Shown here piece by piece: positions 1-12,184 of a DNA stretch of 64,000 nucleotides. This stretch comes from Octopus sinensis (lineage: Eukaryota), in NCBI RefSeq assembly GCF_006345805.1, contig NC_043002.1, forward strand, positions 46,252,001 through 46,316,000. Reading direction: 5' to 3'. Position numbers and translations under genes: made by a program. How positions within the stretch are numbered: position 1 is the stretch's first letter; each line of letters starts with the position of its first letter. The notes under the pieces are model-generated. The model was not told the DNA's origin. It saw only the letters and a list, made by a program, of their open reading frames with translations, and made no database searches.

Positions 1-26
1 ACTCCATATACATTTCCCTAACATCA

Positions 27-557
27 AGGGAGGCCTAATATAGGGACGATGCCTTGCTTGTTACCAAAAGCATAAACAAATCCTCCTTGGAAAGAACTAG
101 AAAAGATCTGCATAAATTCTTCTTTAACCTAAATCTGTCTATCACATTTGAGAACACTCACAAAACTGCTAACTTTCTAGACGTAACTCTAAACTTATCA
201 ACTTCCCAATACTTCCCTTACCACAAACCTAACCAATATCTTAAATACCTTAACATCCACTCCAATCACCACAAATCCACTTTTGATAACATAATCAAGG
301 GCATCTCAACCTGTATGTCCGACTTCTCTTCCACTGAGGAAATTTTCAATAATCACGCACCATATTACAATCAAGCACTCTCTGCTAGTGGCTTTTCCCA
401 ACAAATAAAATACATCCATAACACCAGGCTCAAACAATATATATCTCAAATCACATCTCAAAGATGCATCAACCATCACAATCGCAACCAACCACACACA
501 CTCGTCAATAGAACCCTGGAAGAACTTACACCTAGGCAACCTAGACCCCACAACTAA
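27..557 (+). mobile_element. Penelope-like element, reverse transcriptase C-terminal fragment (decayed)
   Basis: YRDDALL at 39-59 (GLYRDD is broken by one extra base giving TAA at 36-38), followed by FLDVTLNL, YFPYHKPN, IHSNHH and YNQALSASGF, typical of PLE RT/thumb regions. Confidence 0.85.
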
Positions 558-771
558 AACAGCTAACAGCAACGGGCCTTGCCACCCACCTCCATTCTCC
601 AAAAATATAGATATCACTCCTTTATCTAAAAACATAGATAGCACTACTCCCAGACACTCTAAAGAAAGCGGTGGACTCTCTGTTCTGTGGTACACACTCC
701 CTTTCTCATTTAACTTTAAGAACTTAGCTAAAAGTAGTTATTGCCTACTAATTACATGCATAAGTTCAATA

Positions 772-925
772 AGATGGTAGGAAGCTTGCTTCCTAACCAC
801 ATGTTTCTGGGTTCAGTCCTACTGTTTGGCACCTTGGGCCAGTGTCTTCTACTATAGCCTCATGCCAACCAAAGTCTTGTGAGTGGATCTGGTAGACAGA
901 AACTGAAAGGCACCCATTGTATGTG

Positions 926-991
<66 letters not shown>

Positions 992-1230
992 GTGTATGTA
1001 TATATATATTATGTATGTGTGTGTCTGTGTTTGTCCCCCCACCATCACATGACAACTGATACTGGTATGTTTATGACCTGTAACTTAGTGGTTTGGCAAA
1101 AGAGACAGATAGAATAAGTACTAGGCTTACAAAGAATAAGTTCTGGGGTCAATTTCTTTGACTACAACCCTTTAAGGAGGTGCAGCAAGGCCACAGTTAA
1201 ATGACTGAAATGAATAAAATAATAAAAGAA
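772..1230 (+). mobile_element. tRNA-derived SINE, family A, with internal (GT)n
   Basis: Head GGTTCAGTCCTACTG..GGCACCTTGGG, body GCCAACCAAAGTCTTGTGAGTGGATCTGGTAGACAGAAACTGAAAG and tail ATGACTGAAA, all shared with many other copies in the window. Confidence 0.8.
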
Positions 1231-1370
1231 TAGAATATTATTTATGGGGGACACAATCATATGTATATTCACCTTCATCATATTGTTAAGATTTTAGAAG
1301 TATTCAAATTTCTTAAGGCCATGCACAAGAACACTAAGTACTGTGTGAGTGCACACATGGGCTTGTGTGC

Positions 1371-1409
<39 letters not shown>

Positions 1410-2461
1410 TTTAGTTTACAATCCAATCTTGAAAAAATCTGCCAAAACTTCTATTTCATTTTTTCAATAAATGCTTTCATATTTGGCTCCATTAATAATC
1501 TACACAATTAGACATAAACTGATATTCTGATACCAAGGTGCATAATACAAGCATTAAGTAAGAAATTTTGAGGGAAATGGTTAGCTTAGGACATCGGTCT
1601 CAGTTCTTGACAGCTATTTTATTTTATTGACCTTGGAAGGATAAAAGACAAAAATGATCTCAGTAGTATTTGAACTCAAGTTGTAAAAAGACAGAAGAAA
1701 TGCCAGAGAGCATTTTGTTCATGACTTTAATGATTTTGCTGATGCTCTACTCTAGGTTGGTGGATTGGCAGAGGTACATAATAATCGTTTTTAATTTTAG
1801 CACAAGGTCAGTAAATTTGAGAGAAGGGGGCACGACAATTACATCAACCACAATACTTAACTTGTACTAATTTCATCAACTCTAAAAAGGTTGAAAGGTA
1901 AAGAAGACCTCAGCAGAATTTTAACTTAGAACATAATGTGTTAGGAGAAATGCTGCTGAGCATTTAGCATTTTGTCCAGTGTGATAGCAATTCTGCCAGG
2001 TTGTTCTTTCAGAGGTATATAAGTAATAAAAGATGTTTGTACCAATTATTGAGATATCAGAATATACTGAAAGTAAGTTATGTCAAAATTTTAATCCAAT
2101 AAAAAAAAAGGAAGTAGTTTAATGGCAAGTGGAATTTCATTAAAGCCAGAGAACAAAAATCTAAAGAAGCTTATAAGACTAGTTTTCATGGAACATCATT
2201 TTGAAGATATTTCCAACATCAAAGAAGTTGTTTTTCTCTGTAAAATTATCATAAGTGACTTATAGTACTCAGTTTGAAAAATAATCATTATTTTTTTTTT
2301 TTTGTATTTGTTTGAGCTATTTAATTCAAAACTAAATATTAAATGCCAATATTTTTTTAAAAACCAATGAATTCAGTGATTATATTATGCAGTAGTTACT
2401 ATTCTGGTTTACCAAATAAGTCTGGTTCCAGAGAACCGTATGATTACCAATTGCTATTTTG

Positions 2462-3030
2462 GAACAAACTTGACTCAGAATATCCAGGCTATTCATCACT
2501 GAGGAGACTAAATCAAGTTGAAACACCATGTGTCTAGCAATCTACTGGCATTCTGAGCAAAGCCCAGTGTTTTTAGACCATAAGTATCTTTGTGTAGTTT
2601 CTCTGAAACCAAATATTACAACTGGTACCGCCATTCCACATCTGTATACACATGCTAAATGTGCCAGGATTTTAACCTATGGCTGTTTCAAGTGTACATA
2701 GTAATTTAATTCCAGCCTGGCTTAACTTCACACTAATCAGTAAATGTTTTGTTTAGTGATTTTTATATGAGAACAAACACTTTTCAGTTTAGCTCAAGAT
2801 GTCAGGATAGTCATCACTGAGGAGACTAAATCAGGTTGAAATACCATGTCTGGCAATCCACTGGTTCTCTGAGTGATGCCCTGTGTTTTTATCATATAAG
2901 TCTCTTCGGGAGGATTCTTTGAGACAAAATATCACAACTAGTGCCTTTCCACATTTGTATACAAATTGTAAATCTTATACACACCAGTATTTTAATCTGA
3001 AGTTGTTTTAAGTGCATATGTTAATTTAAG
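2462..3030. repeat. Diverged tandem duplication, period ~318 bp
   Basis: TCATCACTGAGGAGACTAAATCA occurs at 2493 and 2811, with colinear similarity for ~220 bp. Confidence 0.8.
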
Positions 3031-3377
3031 CTAGGAATATATCTTTTTAGGTTCAGATAATATTTAAAAATCCATAAGGTAAAGAAACTTTTTAGCTTCC
3101 TTTTAAAGTTTAAGATAATTGGAGATTAATATGTTTTTATTAGTAACTAATATAGTTTGATAAATAAGGAGCATTAACTTCTATTGAAAGCAATGTTAAT
3201 AACAGTATGAATATAACAGTTCTGAAGTCTTTAATCTTTTAGTATTATATTAATCATACATGTCACATTGCCTTTTATTTATAAACAACATTTCCATTAA
3301 TACCTATATCTATATATCTGTACATCTATCTATATGCACACATATATGTATGTATGTATTCTACATTTTGTTTGCAG

Positions 3378-3493
3378 ACAAAACATTTTCATCCTTTGTT
3401 GGCTATGTCCTTAATGGAGATGATGAAATATCTCGTCCTTTGCACCTGCCTTCAACAGTTGCTTTTGGAACTGATTCTTATGATATTTTATAT
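3378..3493 (+). CDS. MUC4/SUSD2-like membrane protein, first visible coding exon (start of NIDO region)
   Basis: tttgcag|AC...TAT|gtaagt, 116 bp, phase 1 to 0. Encodes KTFSSFVGYVLNGDDEISRPLHLPSTVAFGTDSYDILY and joins ISTNGYITF of the next exon, the usual NIDO-leading motif. Confidence 0.85.
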
Positions 3494-3614
3494 GTAAGTA
3501 CCTATTTATATCAACCATCTATGATCATATTGAATGCGTGTGTATGCACGTATGTATTTATGTGTGTATCTATGTATGTATGCATGTATGTATGTATGTA
3601 TGTATGTATGTATG

Positions 3615-3645
<31 letters not shown>

Positions 3646-3652
3646 GCATGTA

Positions 3653-3875
3653 CAGGGTTGGCCAAAAGTCTCCTGACAGTAAATCAAACTCACTTAATTC
3701 CAAGAGATTTATTTATGCTTAACAACTGAATGAATTAAATAAAAGCATCTAAATATGAAACATCGTGAAAATTGTTCAAACTGAAGTCCTTGTTGAGTAA
3801 CACCATTTTTTCCAGATGAATATTAAGTATTTATGAAATGCTGATTTACTGTTGGATGACTTTTGGCCATCCCTG
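3653..3875. mobile_element. Tc1/mariner-type MITE
   Basis: ~35-bp TIRs CAGGGTTGGCCAAAAGTC.../...GACTTTTGGCCATCCCTG, flanked by TA on both sides. Confidence 0.85.
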
Positions 3876-3905
3876 TATATAAACACACACACGCACACAC
3901 ACAAG

Positions 3906-4140
3906 TGGAGATGCTGGCTTAGCAATAAGGGTGTTGGACTCATGATTACAAGATTGTGGTTTCAATTCTTGGACCAGGTGATATGTTGTGTTTTTGAGCA
4001 AAACACTTCATTTCACATTGTTATAGTCCACTCAGCAGGTAAAAATGAGTAGCCCTGTTGTCCATCCTGTGGTAGTGAATATATATGCCACTGAGTCCAG
4101 GAAACTAGCCCTATGAGTCTATATGACTTGGGAAGATGCT
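3906..4140 (+). mobile_element. tRNA-derived SINE, family D (diverged)
   Basis: tRNA-like head and GTGTTTTTGAGCAAAACACTTCATTTCACATTG core, shared with 20515-20640 and 31255-31580. Confidence 0.65.
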
Positions 4141-4164
4141 TTTATCCTTCAAATATATATCTCT

Positions 4165-4902
<738 letters not shown>

Positions 4903-4925
4903 GTGTATATGTATATATGTATGTA

Positions 4926-4974
<49 letters not shown>

Positions 4975-5117
4975 ATATATATACTGTAAGTTTAGAGGGA
5001 ATACTTGATAAGTGTAAGCACCTGTATATGCCAGATAGTGGCAGCTCATATATATATATACATTATCTGATTGAATGCTATGCATCCATTTCCAAGTAAG
5101 TTTATTTTATATATATA

Positions 5118-5218
<101 letters not shown>

Positions 5219-5869
5219 CTAAAACTCAAAGTTTGTCAGTTTTCCTACCATTTGATTAAGATAATAAAGATTACAAATAAAAAAACCATTTTCCTACTTT
5301 AAGAAAAAAAATGAAGTTGAAAACGTCGACACTTCAAAGAGTCATCGGTAGCTACTGCTGTAATTCCTTTTTCCTTACTTTCTTTTTCTCCCCTAAATCA
5401 TTTATATACCTGTTGAGTCTCGTAGACTGAAAGAAAGAAATTCTCCATATATTTTTATGAGATATATTTTTGAATCATGAGTACTTGATTTTTTTTCTTT
5501 TTCTTAAAGGGAAAAATTACTATTTTACTTAAAATGAAATATCAATCTTTATCGTCATAATCATGAGGCAGAAAAACGGAGATGAAAATCAGTTGCAATG
5601 GGAGGAGTTGAATCTCATAAGAATGGAAAAACAAACAATAACAAATGCGTTGTACCTTATAGTGATACTCTTTTACGAGCATTCAAATGACACTGCAATG
5701 TTGACATCATTGCCTCAGTGAGGTCAATTCAGTACATCATCAAGTACATGTTTTCCTTGTTTTCGTATACATTCACTGCATTCTTCCAAGGAATCTAGTG
5801 CTCTTAGGTTAGTTTTTCCTTGGGGTTGTATAGATTGGAGCAATCACACACACACACACACACAGACAT

Positions 5870-5968
<99 letters not shown>

Positions 5969-6746
5969 AAGGGATACATTAAGTATGATACATAGATGGT
6001 TATTTTAATCTGATACTGCTTCAATTGCTCAGACTTTATTGTTATTCATATTGGCAGCTATTTACAAAAGTACCAGACTTTAAAGAAAACATAATTACTG
6101 GAGTCAATTTATTTGACTAAAACCTTTCTTGAAGGTGCCCCAGCATAACTGCAGTTTAATGACTGGAATAAATAAAAGATAAAAGATTTTATTTCTGTTA
6201 ATTTGAATATAAAAATTAAAATTAGAATCTTACATGAGCACTCTGATATTTTAACAGTAAATGAACATACTGGCCAACTAATGAAATATAGATGCATTTA
6301 GTTTAGATGTATTTAGTTTTATATTTCCACAAGAGATGCATTGCTAGGATAAGAGGTGAACACAAAGCTTGAACATCAAATGTGAAAATAAAAGTAACTG
6401 AAATGCTTTCCTGGTCCTGAGTTAAAATCATATCAAAATGAATTTACTGTTCAAACTTTAGATGGCATAAAATATATAAGAGATTAAAAAATAATTGATA
6501 TAGATCTTAGAGTACCATGAATGGTTGTTGTATTTAAATTACTTCTGTATTCAGATCTCATTGAAGTTCACTTTAACCCTTTATTCTGATGGAAGTTAAT
6601 AAAAATATATCTCCAAATGACTTTGGTATAGTTTAGACCAACTGTACACCTTTATCTTACATAAAAAATATTGTGTTTTCAAAAGAAGTCTTTATTTATA
6701 ATCTGTTAAAGCTGAATAACAAATACATTGTTTTTGTATATTATAG

Positions 6747-7034
6747 ATTTCTACCAATGGATACATAACATTTGGGAAGAAACAGAATTTTCCTTCACCT
6801 CAAAGGTTTCCTGATCCACCAAATGCAGCTATTATAGCCCCATTTTGGAGTGATTTAGTTGTAGATGAACCTGGTCGAGTAACATACAAGTTCTTTGAAA
6901 TAGGCACCAAAAATTTCCATGCAGCAACAAAACTGGTAAAATCTCATGATGAAAAGAGCTTATTTAAAAAGTGGATACTCATCATAACCTGGGAGAATGT
7001 CCAGCCTTCAAGTAGATTGAAGAACGTCACAGAA
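6747..7034 (+). CDS. NIDO domain exon
   Basis: ttatag|ATT...GAA|gtaagg, 288 bp, phase 0-0. ISTNGYITFG...AAIIAPFWSDL...WILIITWENV. Confidence 0.95.
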
Positions 7035-7240
7035 GTAAGGTCTTAACTTATTTGATTCATTGGCTAACAATGTGTTCAGTGATATTGCTATACTTTATGC
7101 CATAGGGGCTACTAAGATCTGATAAAATCAGCCTAATGTAGAACAGAAAAAAATTTCAACATCTTAACTATGAATTCATTAGAAGTTGGTTGTTCAGTAT
7201 CATTGAATCTTGATAGCTTCCCTTCTATTATTAATATAAA

Positions 7241-7700
7241 TATGAGAAGTGTTCATTAAAGTCTCCTTGACTCACTTCCCAAGGACTGAGATAAACGAAA
7301 CTTATTAGTCCTTCTCTACATAGCAACCACCAATGGTATCACACTTCTCCCATCACTTTATGCAGCTGTGGAGACTTCATCTGTAGAAGTCAGTAGGTTG
7401 TGTTTGGAGTCAAGACTTTACCTCAGAAGTAAGTTCATCATCATCTGAAAAGTGCTTCCCCTTCAAAAAACACTTCATAGCTGGAAAGATTAAGAAGTCA
7501 GATAGTATGAGGTTGGGAGAGTAAGGGGGATGAGGAAGGATTTCATAGCTGCAGGAGTGTGCTTTCATCTGGGCAACATGCACATTGTGAACTGGGCATT
7601 GTCTTGGAGGAGGCAGACTCCCTTGGTCAGCATGCAAGCATCCTGCAATTTCTGCAGCTGAGAAGCTTAATACGCCCTGTTAATTGTGGTGCCTCTACCA
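7241..7700 (-). mobile_element. mariner transposase 3' fragment (pseudogenised)
   Basis: LPHPPYSPNLILSDFLIFPAMKCFLKGKHFSDDDEL, continuing through stops to WEKCDTIGGCYVEKD*. Confidence 0.9.
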
Positions 7701-8330
7701 GAAAATCCATCAGTTATCTTGAAGAAGTGAGGGTCTTATTTTGAAGGAGTAGGAGTCTTAATCTTTGGCAGGAAAAACTACATTACATAGATACACACTA
7801 ACTTAACTATTGTTTACCATGCAGATACCATCCCAGTGTTCCATTGTATTTTTTAGAATACAAGAAAATTGCATTTTCCATAAATCCAGTTAGATTGGGT
7901 CTTCTTTAGGTAAATCCATGATCAGAAAGCATGGTTGGGTAGCATAGCATGGTGAGAGGAAGGAAAGAATGGTTTTGCTGTACTGCATATTGAGGGAAAA
8001 TGAATGTTAGCAGTTACAAAGTTGTGTAAATACTGAGAGGAGGAATAAATAATACATTCTGGTGAGAGAAAAGATAGATCAGAGGTTTGTATTAGATATA
8101 TACAGTCAAGTATATTGAAGGGTATTCAGTATATATATACACGATTTTCATTATGTTAAACTATTAATCCCTATGCATTTTTCTCTCCATTTTTTCCCTT
8201 TCATCCCTTTCTGTCAAAGAGCATTGGGTCAAAGCATCAACGGCTTTTCCATTCTTCCCAAACATTCAACTAATACACCTGTTTGTTGTTTTCTCACCTG
8301 TCTTCGTCTTTTGCTTTCTCTAAATTTGAA

Positions 8331-8398
<68 letters not shown>

Positions 8399-8469
8399 CT
8401 TTGGTAAAGCATAAATCTGAATAAGAAGCACACTCTAAGTTATTGAGTACCCCCAATATTAAGAGCATT

Positions 8470-9650
8470 CTAGTTAGCACCTCTAGACCACAAGCGGAGG
8501 CAGGATGCTCATACAGGAACCACAACAGATGTCCAGTGAGAGGCCACTGTGAAGCCAAAAGAGTTGTCTATGAATCTGAGGTGTTGGCCAACCCTAGTAG
8601 CATATGGAACATCAGAAGCTTCCCTAACGGCTACTACAGTAGCAGGGATGACAGTATCAATAGTAGCAGTAGCAGAGACATGAACAGAACCGTTGGAAGC
8701 AACATCACCAACGATAACAATAACAACATCAACGACAGCAATGGCAGTATCCCTAACGGCAGCAGCAACAACAACAGCTTCCCCAATGGCTACTAAAGTA
8801 AAAGGCTCAACAGTTCCAATTAGTAGCAGCAGCAGAGACATGAACAGAACCAGCGGCAGCACCATTGCTAGCAATAACAACAATAACAACAATGACAACA
8901 CTGTCAGTATCCTTAATGGAAATAGTAGTAGAGCCATTGCCAATGATATCTATAACGGTAGTAACAGTGCTTCCATCAATGATGATGACCATAACAACAA
9001 CAACAGCACCACCATTACCAACACCATCAGTGACAGCACCAACAGTGCCAGTACCAACAACAGTGTTAGCAGCAGTTCCAACACCAACAGATACAGCATT
9101 GCCAACACCCAACCATGAAGATACATTGGCTGCTCCAGGAACACATTCAAACAACACCTCTCCAACCACAGATATTCCTTCAGGATACTGGAAAGAAGAT
9201 ATGTTACATCATTAGCCAGCCATATATGGCAGCTGGAAGACAACAGGATTCCATACACAATATCATGGAAACTCCAGACCTCTACATAAACGAGACTAAG
9301 CACTGTCAACTATGCATAGCGGAACAGGTGAGGATTCTAAAGGATTCACTCAACTGGGGGAACATCCTTAACTCCAGAATGGAGGTCTTCGGACCATGCT
9401 TGCATTTCAGGAAATTCCTGCTGGTCTCTTGGAATCCATGGGATAACAGGGTCACTGGCGATCAATAGCCAAAGAGAAACAATCCCTATTTTTGACATTG
9501 AGTTGTGAGGTCCTTTCTTCCTCCATAATCTAGAGAGGACATTTGCTAGAGAAGCCTTAAGCCAACAGGTTTGGGGATCTGATGATATGCCATAAAGCTA
9601 AATGCTTTAGGGATGTGAAACCCAGGGTAATCCCATAAACTGGCCTTATC
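8470..9650 (+). mobile_element. Penelope-like element 3' part: GIY-YIG endonuclease remnant plus terminal region
   Basis: CSYRNHNRCPVRGHCEAKRVVYESEV (to ~8583); RYIGCSRNTFKQHLSNHRYSF...TSLASHIWQLEDNRIPYTISWK (from 9119); CQLCIAEQVRI...LNSRMEVFGPCLHFRKFLL (to ~9420). Frameshifts and stops present. Confidence 0.9.
9569..9640 (+). ncRNA. Type I hammerhead ribozyme (PLE-associated, partly decayed helix II)
   Basis: CTGATGA 9579-9585, GAAA 9617-9620, GTA 9627-9629. Helix I GGGAT/ATCCC plus GTTT/AAAC; helix III ACC-cag-GGT; helix II has an inner TAAAGC/GCTTTA stem but a mismatched base. Confidence 0.7.
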
Positions 9651-9697
9651 TAACTTAATTTACAAATATATATAAATATATATAAATATATATATAA

Positions 9698-9763
<66 letters not shown>

Positions 9764-9772
9764 ATGTATATA

Positions 9773-9876
9773 TATATATAGAGGGCATTATTACACATAC
9801 ATGCCACACGCTAAGAGGGACATTAATGTCCCTCTTAGCGTGTGGCATGTATGTGTAATAATGCCCTCTATATATA
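9773..9876. repeat. Perfect 104-bp palindrome, no spacer
   Basis: ...GAGGGCATTATTACACATACATGCCACACGCTAAGAGGGACATT|AATGTCCCTCTTAGCGTGTGGCATGTATGTGTAATAATGCCCTC..., centre 9824/9825. Confidence 0.95.
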
Positions 9877-10044
9877 AATTAATATGTTCAATAAGAAAGA
9901 ATTATTTTCGAAATTTTTCTCTTCTGAGGTTTTTCACGCTATCTACCTGATAATTTCTTGTTAAGATTCCTTATTAAGAAGTTATCCTTAATTGTTATAT
10001 ATATATACACATATACATATACATATATATATACATACATACAA

Positions 10045-10131
<87 letters not shown>

Positions 10132-10148
10132 GTATATGTATATATATG

Positions 10149-10246
10149 TATATAAGAACTTTTTGCGTAATAAGATAAAAAACCAAGGCTGTTAGAGCAT
10201 TTTTATTAGACCATTTTTATCTTATTATGCAAAAAATTCTTATATA
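10149..10246. repeat. Short inverted repeat (~33-bp arms, ~32-bp spacer)
   Basis: TATATAAGAACTTTTTGCGTAATAAGATAAAAA ... TTTTTATCTTATTATGCAAAAAATTCTTATATA, 2 mismatches. Confidence 0.8.
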
Positions 10247-10380
10247 CACACGCTGACATAAAACCAATGTTGAACCCTTTATTCGCAATATTACCGAATC
10301 TGGAACTTAACTATGGTCTGTCTATAGCACTTATTCAGCATTACCTGACATCTTTGGGTCTCAATGACACCATTATCTCT

Positions 10381-10411
<31 letters not shown>

Positions 10412-11626
10412 GTACTTGACTATGCAGTGTATATGTGTGTTTTTGTATCTTTGTGTTTGTCCCCACCACCACCACCACTTGACAACTGGTGTTGGTCTAA
10501 ATACATCCCTGTAACTTTGCAGTTCATCAAATGAGACCAATGGAATAAGTTCCAGACTTTTAAACAAAATAAATACTAGGGTCAATTTGTTCAAATAAAG
10601 ATGATGCCCCATTCGTTCAAATAAAAATGATGCCCCAGCATGGCCACAGTCCATTGGCTGAAACAAGTAAAAGATAAAAGATAAAGGCATGCTGGGGCTT
10701 ATACCCAGAAGTGGATCAACAATGGCTACAAGCAACTAAATATACATCTGCATTTAGTTTTCTTGACTATACTTTGCTGCTGTTTCTCATTAGCCCGAGA
10801 TCATTCCTGATAGAATATATATCTCTCTAAGCTATGACCATCAGATCGTTTATTCCAACTTAGTACCATAAATCCTTGAGCATAGTCCGCTCTTGAGTAT
10901 AATACGCAGCGAAATTTTAGGAGGCTGTACCTCTGAAAAACCTAAACCTTGTGTATGATATGCACCAATTCTCTGACTTAAGTCAAGGAGGTCTATATAA
11001 CGTCCTTGGTTTGTAAAAATGTAAATGGTAACGTCCTTTATTATTATTGTATATATAACATAATGCAAACGTGTAGCTTTTTTGTGCATTTTGTTTGCAG
11101 AAAATAAAGAAATAACAGTAATAACATTTAATAAATGTTGCTTACTGCATGTTATGGATGATTCTTTTATGACTTCATTGCTTTCAGGCTTAGCTTAAGT
11201 TATTTTCGTGCCTGACATCACAAAATGCATCTGAATAAACATTGCCGGACAGCAAATAGAGACTCGGACATTGCTTAGAAAATAATTTTCATTTTTAACC
11301 TCGTATATAGTACGCACTAGGGATTTAGACCTTTAAATTTGGGGGAAAATATGTGAATTATACTCGAGGATTTATGGTATATCTTGGATAACATCCAATC
11401 TGTCTTTCCTTTCTTAAAATAAGGTTTGTTTCAAAAGAGACTTGGTTGCTATTTCTGGCAGATCAAGCAACCACAGAGAGCTTCCAGTTGGTTATAAGGA
11501 AGATCATTATACTAAGATAGACAATTTATAGTTTCATTTGAGTTCATTATAACTTTTGAAGTGATTATATTTAATGGTATGTTTAATCACATTAAATCAA
11601 AGAAAACATATCCTTAAGTACTTTGA

Positions 11627-11848
11627 CCCTTTAGCATTTAAAACCAGCCATATCCAGCCCAATTAATCTACCTGTTCTGCATTCAAATTGGCCATGTTCA
11701 GCTTTTTGCACCAACCATACAACATTGTTGTAAAATCAAGCAATCAAATTGTTGAGATCTCAAAGCTATGAGATAATGTATGATTAATAAAAAAACAATA
11801 TGAATAAATAAGCATTATACTTGATAGAGAAAGCTAAATGCTAAAGAG
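11627..11848. mobile_element. piggyBac-type MITE
   Basis: Ends CCCTTTAGCATTT...AAATGCTAAAGAG, with TTGA/TTAA flanks. Same family at 15827, 36621 and 38723. Confidence 0.8.
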
Positions 11849-11874
11849 TTAATCTTTTGTTTTCATTTCTCCAG

Positions 11875-12088
11875 ATGGCTACCTTCCAGATGGCCCTTGT
11901 ACCTACACAAACAGAAAAAAGGACGTTTTTCATCTTCAGTTATCTCCCTGGTATGCAATCCTGGACAAAAACACTCGAACATACAGAAGTATCTATTGGG
12001 TTCTCTGATGGCAATCATAATTATAAACAGAATGAGTACTCTTTTTCACTATCTGCTCTAGAATTATACCATATAAAGGGTAATACAG
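11875..12088 (+). CDS. NIDO domain C-terminal exon
   Basis: ttctccag|ATG...ACA G|gtagga, 214 bp, phase 0 to 1. MATFQMALV...TFFIFSY...IGFSDG...IKGNTG. Confidence 0.92.
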
Positions 12089-12184
12089 GTAGGAAAAAAT
12101 ACATTTTTGTAATCTGTATTTAACAATCTGTTCCATTCCAGTAACCTTCATTGGAAAAGGGAATCTTGCATGTTTGTTCCTCTT

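Noticed and set aside
2528-2701. ATG-initiated ~57-codon ORF as the missing signal-peptide exon
   Set aside because: It has no hydrophobic signal sequence and only a weak donor, and it lies within a decayed tandem duplication whose second copy does not keep the frame.
8443-9309. Overlapping Ser/Thr/Asn-rich ORFs as a mucin PTS exon of the host gene
   Set aside because: They are bracketed by PLE endonuclease motifs, contain a frameshift and stops, and exons 6747-7034 and 11875-12088 already join into a continuous NIDO domain.
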